Part shown: positions 58,801-64,000 of the stretch, in pieces
Numbering within the stretch: the stretch's first letter is position 1
Layout of the letters: each line of letters begins with the position of its first letter
Assembly: GCA_965263295.1 (NCBI GenBank)
Contig: OZ253665.1
Span: forward strand, 1,312,001-1,376,000
DNA length: 64,000 nucleotides
Direction: 5' to 3'
From: Spirochaetia bacterium
GTDB lineage: Bacteria; Spirochaetota; Spirochaetia; SP-2023
The notes under the pieces: generated by a model
The model's database searches: none
Told to the model about the DNA's origin: nothing
The model's input: the letters and a program-made list of their open reading frames with translations, nothing else
Program-made: the position numbers and the translations under genes

Positions 58801-61724
58801 TTAATACCGACTGGCGTCTTGCACAGACGAAGATATGGCCCCTCTCGGTCCTTGCGAAATACTCGGTGCGCAAGCGTCTTCAGACCTATGCCGAGGAGGG
58901 TAAATCCGAGCCGGATCGCGACATCGTGGCGCTCGCTGACGCAAAACGCTCCCGCGCCGAAATCGAGACCCACCCATTGACCAGATGCCCCGTCGTCAAG
59001 GGCGTCCAGACGGATACCGCCCGCTTGTCGGAATGGATCGACCAAGCGCGGGGTCTCACGTCGGCTCTTGACGATGTCATACCCGCCGTTGCAGATCCGG
59101 CCCTCTGGCAGGGGACTTGCCAGAGCCTTGCAAAACGGAGCTCTGGTAATGTGCGCAACGCGATCACTGTGTTCCGCCGCAAGCATGAAACCTGGAGTGA
59201 GCGTGCCGCGGCTTTCGCCCAGGTGGTGCAGGCGTCGCTTGACGGGATGGCGCTGACGGAGTTGCTTTCTTCCTTACAGGCAATCCAAAAAAACAAGGAT
59301 TATCTTCAGGAGTGGACACGATGGGTCGATATCCGGCGACAGGCCAGCGGTGCGGGGCTTGACTCTCTCATTTTGGCGGTTGAAGAGGGCCGGATCAAAG
59401 GCGATGTCGAAGGGGCCTTCGTTTCGGCCTATGCCGCGTGGTGGTTGCCGCAGGCAATAGATGCGCGGCCTGAGTTGCGCGGATTTTTGTGCTGGGACCA
59501 TGAGGACGCAATCAAGCGGTTCCGGGAGCTCGACGACCGCGTGATGGAAATGGCCACAGAACAGGTTCTGGCCCGTATTCAGCATGGTCTGCCTGCCCGC
59601 GACGCCGTTCCGCGCAAGTCCGAGCTTGGCACGCTCAGGCATCAACTGAGCCTTCAGCGCCCCAGTAAGTCGATCCGGGATCTGATCTCGGCAATGCCCG
59701 ACAGCTTCACAAAACTTGCCCCCTGCGTGCTCATGTCCCCGCTCTCGGTGGCGCAGTACTTGCCCCCGGGACAGGCGGCCTTCGATGTGGTGATCTTCGA
59801 TGAGGCGTCTCAGATCACCACTTGGGATGCCATCGGTGCCATTGCGCGGGGTCGGCAGGCGATCATCGTGGGGGATTCCAAGCAACTGCCGCCGACCAAC
59901 TTTTTCGGGCGCAGCGACGATGGTGATCAGGACCTGCCGGAGGTCGAGCGCGACTTGGCGTCCATCCTAGACGAAGTGACAGCGGCTGGCATCCCGACTC
60001 AGCAACTCGACTGGCATTACCGCAGCCGGGATGAGGCGCTCATCGCTTTCTCCAACTGGCATTACTACGGCGGTCGGCTGGTAACGTTCCCGTCTCCGGT
60101 AACAACATCCGAAGCGGTCAAGCTGCACCAGATCAATGGTGTGTATGGCCGTGGTCAGGGACGCACAAACGAGGCAGAAGCCCGCGCGGTCGTGCAGATG
60201 ACGGTGCGCCGTCTGAACGAATGGCTGACCCGGCCCGAAGACGAGCGACCGACCCTGGGGGGTATCACCTTTAATGCCGAGCAGCAGGGACTTATCCTTG
60301 ATCTGCTCGACGAAGAACGACGGAAGAACCCCGCGTTGGAATGGTTCTTCGAGGACGAACGCGAAGAGCCCGTGATCATCAAGAACCTGGAGAACATCCA
60401 GGGCGATGAGCGTGACGTGATGCTCTTTTCGGTCACCTTCGGCCCCGACCATGCGGGCAAACTGTCCATGGCCTTCGGGGCCCTGAACGGCGAGGACGGC
60501 GAAAAGCGCCTGAATGTGGCCGTGACGCGGGCGCGGGCCGAATTGCATGTCTTTGCCTCAATCCGCGCCGATCAGATCGACCTGACAAGGACGAAGGCCA
60601 TGGGTGTGAAGCACCTCAAGAACTTTCTGGACTTCGCCGCCCGCGGCCCGGTTGCGCTTCCGGCCCAGGATAGCGGGTCGCTCGGGCCGGTTGCGAATGC
60701 CTTCGAGGCCGCGATCAAGGTGGCCATTGAGGCAAAAAGTTGGAAACTTCGGCCGCAGATTGGTGTGTCTGAATTTAGGATCGACCTGGGTGTCGTTCAC
60801 CCCGACCATGCCGGTGTCTACTTGGCCGGGATCGAGTGTGACGGCGCGACTTACCACGGGTCGGCTACGGCGCGGGATCGCGACAAGGTACGCCAAACTG
60901 TCCTGGAAAACCTCGGCTGGAAGATCTTCCGGATCTGGTCGACCGACTGGTTCCGTAGCCCTGCTCCCGTGGTCGAGCGTATCCACACCGCCTTGACAGA
61001 GCACCTCAAGACCGACCGTGCCAAGCGGGTAGCAGAGGAGAACGCGCGTGACCCGATGCAGCAAGACGATATCGGCAAAGAGGTCGATGTGCCCGATGTG
61101 AAAGTCAATCAGGAAGAAACGGCCCCTGTAACGGCCCCTGTAACGCCTGTTGTAAAGGCCGCTGTGAAAGAGGATGCCGACTCTGTTCAGGAAGAGACAC
61201 TGTTTACTCGTGCTACGATTTCGCCTGTCATGGAACGTACCGGGGACGCTGGGGGTGCCAATGTCACGCCTGACCCCGAGAGGTTCTACGATAAGGACTA
61301 CATCCCGATCCTCGAACGTCTGATTGTGAAGGTCGTGACGCGAGAAGGACCCATGCCACTCGCCTTGCTGGGCAAGCGTATTTCCGGTATGCACGGCTGG
61401 CAACGTACCGGGAGGCGCATTTCGGAGCAGGTTTCCAACGCATTGAGTCTGGTCGAGTGTCATCGGGAGGAAGGTGTCGATTTCCTCTGGGCTACTGGCA
61501 TGAAAACGGACAGAGTGCCGTTCCGCCAAGGTATGGACCGATCGATACGCGACATCTCTCGTACGGAAATCGCTGAACTCTATGACCGTCACGCGTCGCA
61601 ACTGGAACGGAGCGAAGACCCTGTTCTTGATCTAGCGCGACATGCCGGCATTGTTAGGCTATCGCCTGATGTTCGGGCTTACGTGTCGAAATGCTTGGCT
61701 TGGCGGGCTAAAGAGAGGGAATGA
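55866..61724 (+). CDS. DUF4011/DUF3320 superfamily-1 helicase-nuclease (Hhe-like) with an N-terminal transglutaminase-like domain
   Basis: ATCLD...GHAW.GVWL; RWQRKLLDLSLRNRLLNF (DUF4011); GPPGTGKSQTIAN; FDVVIFDEASQ; GDSKQLPPT; HYRSR; NIQGDERD; RLNVAVTRAR; FRIDLGV...GIECDGATYH (Vsr/MTES_1575-like); C-terminal DUF3320-like. Confidence 0.88.
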   Translation: MSFDRSEKDARERLVLELSVAEKVNFASSQNGVPVLKKVSLQNPSQEPLENITVELTCSPGLIRPRKWTLDRLAPEQQQELRDLETPLDTIILGGLNEAERGDLRFVVRQGDDVLLEERRPIELLARDEWGGVGEMAHLLAAFVSPNDDVVAGVLKEASRLLEASGHNGSMDGYQSRDPRRSWMLAGAIWSALTGLGLTYAVPPASFELHGQKVRDPGRIRSEGLATCLDSALLLAACFEAAGLNPVVLFCEGHAWTGVWLSNRDFGTISEPDVMTVRKAIVAREFVAMETTLLTKKPSVGFEEAVERGRDLTSERNEHRFTMAIDIRRARAARIRPLASHRAETKAEEEDVVASPAALPQALDLNLLPGDLVEDEPSTPKGRIDRWQRKLLDLSLRNRLLNFKDSKQTLPFLCPNVSALEDQLADGKKFRTVALEGENPVGTRDLLANDAPRILEEVAKDAFSKGQIAVPLTRKESERRLLELHRRAKSDMQEGGTNTLFLAAGFLRWKKSEGDTRTYRAPLLLVPVKISRKSAQSEFVIEHHEDTVRFNTTLLEFLKRDFDLKVPELEGDLPRDESGFDLPRILEIMRRKVRDVAGFEVVEELALSTFSFAKFLMWKDLVERTDSLCESALVKHLVDNPTEAFLADGAPGLLVAKDVDRRLAPRDLFTPLPADSSQLAAVLAAKEGHNFVLIGPPGTGKSQTIANIISQCLAMQKTVLFVAEKSAALDVVYRRLHACGLGDAVLELHSNKADRKSILSQLGRSWGRAANPGEAEWIKVTDDLSVTRDQLNAYVAALHAKGSQGFSVFQAIGAAAGQEQPFSVSFANKDAHDAESYTRLRKLAKDLGRCQEIIAGRKPLHLVQADTWSFEWQKRLLERSGDLIVATRALAEAAESLACHAGLTWTGSGEIAEVAPLLRLAAIPESGEDVSWALARDMDEMQAQVEVLKNRLADYGAAVGRVSARYPMDRLDRIPLYQLNTDWRLAQTKIWPLSVLAKYSVRKRLQTYAEEGKSEPDRDIVALADAKRSRAEIETHPLTRCPVVKGVQTDTARLSEWIDQARGLTSALDDVIPAVADPALWQGTCQSLAKRSSGNVRNAITVFRRKHETWSERAAAFAQVVQASLDGMALTELLSSLQAIQKNKDYLQEWTRWVDIRRQASGAGLDSLILAVEEGRIKGDVEGAFVSAYAAWWLPQAIDARPELRGFLCWDHEDAIKRFRELDDRVMEMATEQVLARIQHGLPARDAVPRKSELGTLRHQLSLQRPSKSIRDLISAMPDSFTKLAPCVLMSPLSVAQYLPPGQAAFDVVIFDEASQITTWDAIGAIARGRQAIIVGDSKQLPPTNFFGRSDDGDQDLPEVERDLASILDEVTAAGIPTQQLDWHYRSRDEALIAFSNWHYYGGRLVTFPSPVTTSEAVKLHQINGVYGRGQGRTNEAEARAVVQMTVRRLNEWLTRPEDERPTLGGITFNAEQQGLILDLLDEERRKNPALEWFFEDEREEPVIIKNLENIQGDERDVMLFSVTFGPDHAGKLSMAFGALNGEDGEKRLNVAVTRARAELHVFASIRADQIDLTRTKAMGVKHLKNFLDFAARGPVALPAQDSGSLGPVANAFEAAIKVAIEAKSWKLRPQIGVSEFRIDLGVVHPDHAGVYLAGIECDGATYHGSATARDRDKVRQTVLENLGWKIFRIWSTDWFRSPAPVVERIHTALTEHLKTDRAKRVAEENARDPMQQDDIGKEVDVPDVKVNQEETAPVTAPVTPVVKAAVKEDADSVQEETLFTRATISPVMERTGDAGGANVTPDPERFYDKDYIPILERLIVKVVTREGPMPLALLGKRISGMHGWQRTGRRISEQVSNALSLVECHREEGVDFLWATGMKTDRVPFRQGMDRSIRDISRTEIAELYDRHASQLERSEDPVLDLARHAGIVRLSPDVRAYVSKCLAWRAKERE

Positions 61725-61778
61725 TGATGCTTGACGCTGTTTTGGGGCCGTTTGGGGATCAAATTTTGCGTTAGCTAT

Positions 61779-62011
61779 ATCGCGCTTGCGCCATTTGCAA
61801 ACGGTTGGTTCTGTGGTCCCGTAACGCTCGGCAAGAACCCGGGCCGGTTCATCACTGGCCTGTATCGCCGCCCTGATCTTCGCTGTCGTCGTCGCTTGGC
61901 TGTGAAGCTCGATCAGCATGTCGCTCTCCCGTTGCGCATCTCGGTCGAAATACAGCGTGCCATGAAAAGCGCTGATCGACCAGGGGATATATGATCATCC
62001 GAGATGGGACA
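61779..62011 (-). mobile_element. IS481-family remnant (left end and N-terminal HTH of the transposase)
   Basis: MLIELHSQATTTAKIRAAIQASDEPARVLAERYGTTEPTVCKWRKRD from ATG 61919; putative terminus 5'-TGTCCCATCTCGGATGATCATA at 62011. Confidence 0.8.
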
Positions 62012-62552
62012 CCTATTCTTGGCACTTGATGGTAATTATTGTCCTCGGAATAGAAGGAAGCTAGAGTGAATTTTTGACGCGAGCGCCGGCACGACAAAGC
62101 CGCCGCCACGCTGCCTTCTTATGGCTTATCCATTGAAATTTGGTTAAAAAGTTTTGCAAAGACGTGAGCGCGAAGAACTTATAATAGTTCAGCTTGCGCT
62201 GCGCTTTGATGTCGGCGTTGCCTCGACTGTCCGCTGGCTTGAATCCTCTGTCGCCAAATAATGCCCAGGCTATATCTTCTCGATACAATCAAAGTTATGC
62301 ATAACTTATCCAGCCTCATCGATCGCAACGAATGGTCATCGCTATATATCCTCGCTCAGTGCTCTCGCGTCAAGAAAGTTCGCATGGCGGCCCTCACAAG
62401 GAGAAAAAAGTCCGATGGTGAGATGATAATCCGATCGTTACCGTATTCCCGCATGGTCCTGTCTTACTCACTCGATGTCCTCGATAACGTACTTGATTCT
62501 CTATCCCTTTTCCACTATTTTCAATTCATGCCCCGATAAGGGCATTGAAGCC

Positions 62553-62709
62553 ATGCCCCATGATGACATTATGACCGTGAAAGAATTTGCCGATTCTCTT
62601 AAGATTACGGAGAAAACCGCCTGATGAGAGTAAAGTACCGGGCTTCAAAGTGTATAGTGCGTGGTGGTTTCGCAAGAGCGGGATAGATCGCTGGATCAGG
62701 TCCGGTTAA
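62553..62709 (+). pseudogene. Excisionase-family HTH DNA-binding protein, disrupted
   Basis: MPHDDIMTVKEFADSLKITEKTA* then frameshifted [25 protein letters not shown]. Confidence 0.72.
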
Positions 62710-62734
62710 CAAGAGCAGAAAAAGGAAAAGCAGC

Positions 62735-64000
62735 ATGACAAGCACCCAACAGCGCGACGCACTGCAACGCAAAATTTGGCAAATCGCCAATAATGTTCGC
62801 GGTGCAGTCGACGGCTGGGACTTTAAGCAATATGTGCTTGGCACGCTGTTCTATCGCTTTATCAGTGAAAATTTTGCCAGCTACATCGAGGCTGATGATG
62901 ACAGCATAAACTATGCAGAGCTTTCTGATGATGTCATTACGCCTGAAATTAAAGATGATGCCATCAAAACCAAAGGATACTTTATCTACCCCAGCCAGCT
63001 ATTCGCCAAGATTGCCGCAGACGCCAACAAGAATGATAACCTGAATACCGACTTAGCCAACATTTTCGCCGCCATCGAGGCCTCCGCCAGCGGCTATCCC
63101 TCCGAAGGCGACATCAAGGGCCTGTTTGCCGATTTCGACACGACGAGCAATCGCCTCGGCAATACCGTGGAAGATAAAAACGCCCGCCTCGCCGCCGTGA
63201 TCAAAGGCGTCGCGGAGCTGGAATTCGGCGACTTTCACAACAGCCAGATCGATCTGTTCGGCGATGCCTACGAATCTCTGATCTCCAACTACGCCGCCAA
63301 TGCCGGTAAATCCGGCGGCGAGTTTTTCACCCCGCAACACGTCTCCAAACTGCTTGCGCAACTCGCTATGCACAAGCAACGCAGCGTCAACAAGATTTAC
63401 GACCCGGCATGCGGCTCTGGCTCCCTGTTGCTGCAAGCCAAAAAGCACTTCGACGCCCATATCGTCGAAGAAGGCTTTTTCGGTCAGGAGGTCAACCACA
63501 CCACCTACAACCTGGCGCGGATGAACATGTTTTTGCACAACATCAACTACGACAAATTCAATATCCAGCTGGGCAATACCCTCCTCGCCCCGCGTTTTGG
63601 CGACGGCAAGCGGTTTGACGCCATTGTCTCCAATCCGCCGTATTCGCTGAAATGGCCAGGCTCGGACGACCCGCCCCTGATCAACGACGAACGCTTTGCG
63701 CCCGCGGGCGTGCTCGCGCCCAAATCCAAAGCCGACTTCGCCTTCGTGCTCCATGCCCTCGCCTACCTTTCGAGCAAAGGACGTGCGGCAATCGTCTGCT
63801 TCCCCGGTATTTTTTACCGCGGCGGCGCGGAGCGGAAAATCCGCCAATATCTGATTGACAACAATTATGTAGAAACGGTGATAGCGCTCCCGCCCAATCT
63901 GTTTTTCGGCACCACCATCGCCGTGAATATCTTGGTGCTAGCCAAAAATAAAACCGACACCATGACCCAGTTTATCGATGCCAGCGGCAAGGATTTTTTT
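62735..64000 (+). CDS. hsdM: Type I restriction-modification methyltransferase HsdM (runs off the window end)
   Basis: Hand translation from ATG 62735 shows [46 protein letters not shown] and GIFYRGGAE; not in the ORF track because it is partial. Confidence 0.95.
   Translation, partial: MTSTQQRDALQRKIWQIANNVRGAVDGWDFKQYVLGTLFYRFISENFASYIEADDDSINYAELSDDVITPEIKDDAIKTKGYFIYPSQLFAKIAADANKNDNLNTDLANIFAAIEASASGYPSEGDIKGLFADFDTTSNRLGNTVEDKNARLAAVIKGVAELEFGDFHNSQIDLFGDAYESLISNYAANAGKSGGEFFTPQHVSKLLAQLAMHKQRSVNKIYDPACGSGSLLLQAKKHFDAHIVEEGFFGQEVNHTTYNLARMNMFLHNINYDKFNIQLGNTLLAPRFGDGKRFDAIVSNPPYSLKWPGSDDPPLINDERFAPAGVLAPKSKADFAFVLHALAYLSSKGRAAIVCFPGIFYRGGAERKIRQYLIDNNYVETVIALPPNLFFGTTIAVNILVLAKNKTDTMTQFIDASGKDFF

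Larger units (their letters stand above)
54930..64000. mobile_element. Defence-island-like accessory region (type I R-M, Hhe-like helicase, IS remnants)
   Basis: Abrupt switch after trpE to pseudogenes, IS fragments, a GC-rich helicase and duplicated hsdM; the right boundary lies outside the window. Confidence 0.7.

Noticed and set aside
58143..61601. Long minus-strand ORFs (347, 203, 193 and 347 aa)
   Set aside because: Antisense shadows of the GC-rich helicase gene
63053..63847. 264-aa minus-strand ORF
   Set aside because: Antisense to hsdM, whose frame carries all methyltransferase motifs

Overview
Bacterial chromosomal window, most likely from a spirochaete. This is inferred from a SpiroCoCo-like coiled-coil protein, a TatT/TatP TRAP system, a long FliD and a WG-repeat lipoprotein. 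Bases 1-54.9 kb are mostly housekeeping genes: mfd (partial), dksA-like, ackA, fliD, htpG, crcB, purB, radC, proB/proC, acyl-CoA ligase, TPAT transporter, cheW, trxB, hrpA, deoC, a NucA-type nuclease, rpe, rnfCDGEAB, pta and trpE. From ~54.93 kb to the end is a defence-island-like region. It holds a collapsed xis-hsdM-fic remnant, an IS5 remnant, a GC-rich 1952-aa gene (transglutaminase-like / DUF4011 / SF1 helicase / Vsr-like nuclease / DUF3320; Hhe-like), an IS481 remnant, a second xis pseudogene and an apparently intact type I hsdM that runs off the end. Three features stand out. (1) An integrase-free one-gene cassette is bracketed by a perfect 98-bp duplication of the htpG 3' end. (2) A perfect 68-bp core is shared by two otherwise diverged hsdM copies that bracket the helicase gene. 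(3) Short tandem duplications are pervasive; they are in-frame (9/12/15/18 bp) inside genes but mostly 10-11 bp at gene junctions. No rRNA, tRNA or CRISPR array was recognised. All family assignments come from motif recognition by eye, not from database searches.
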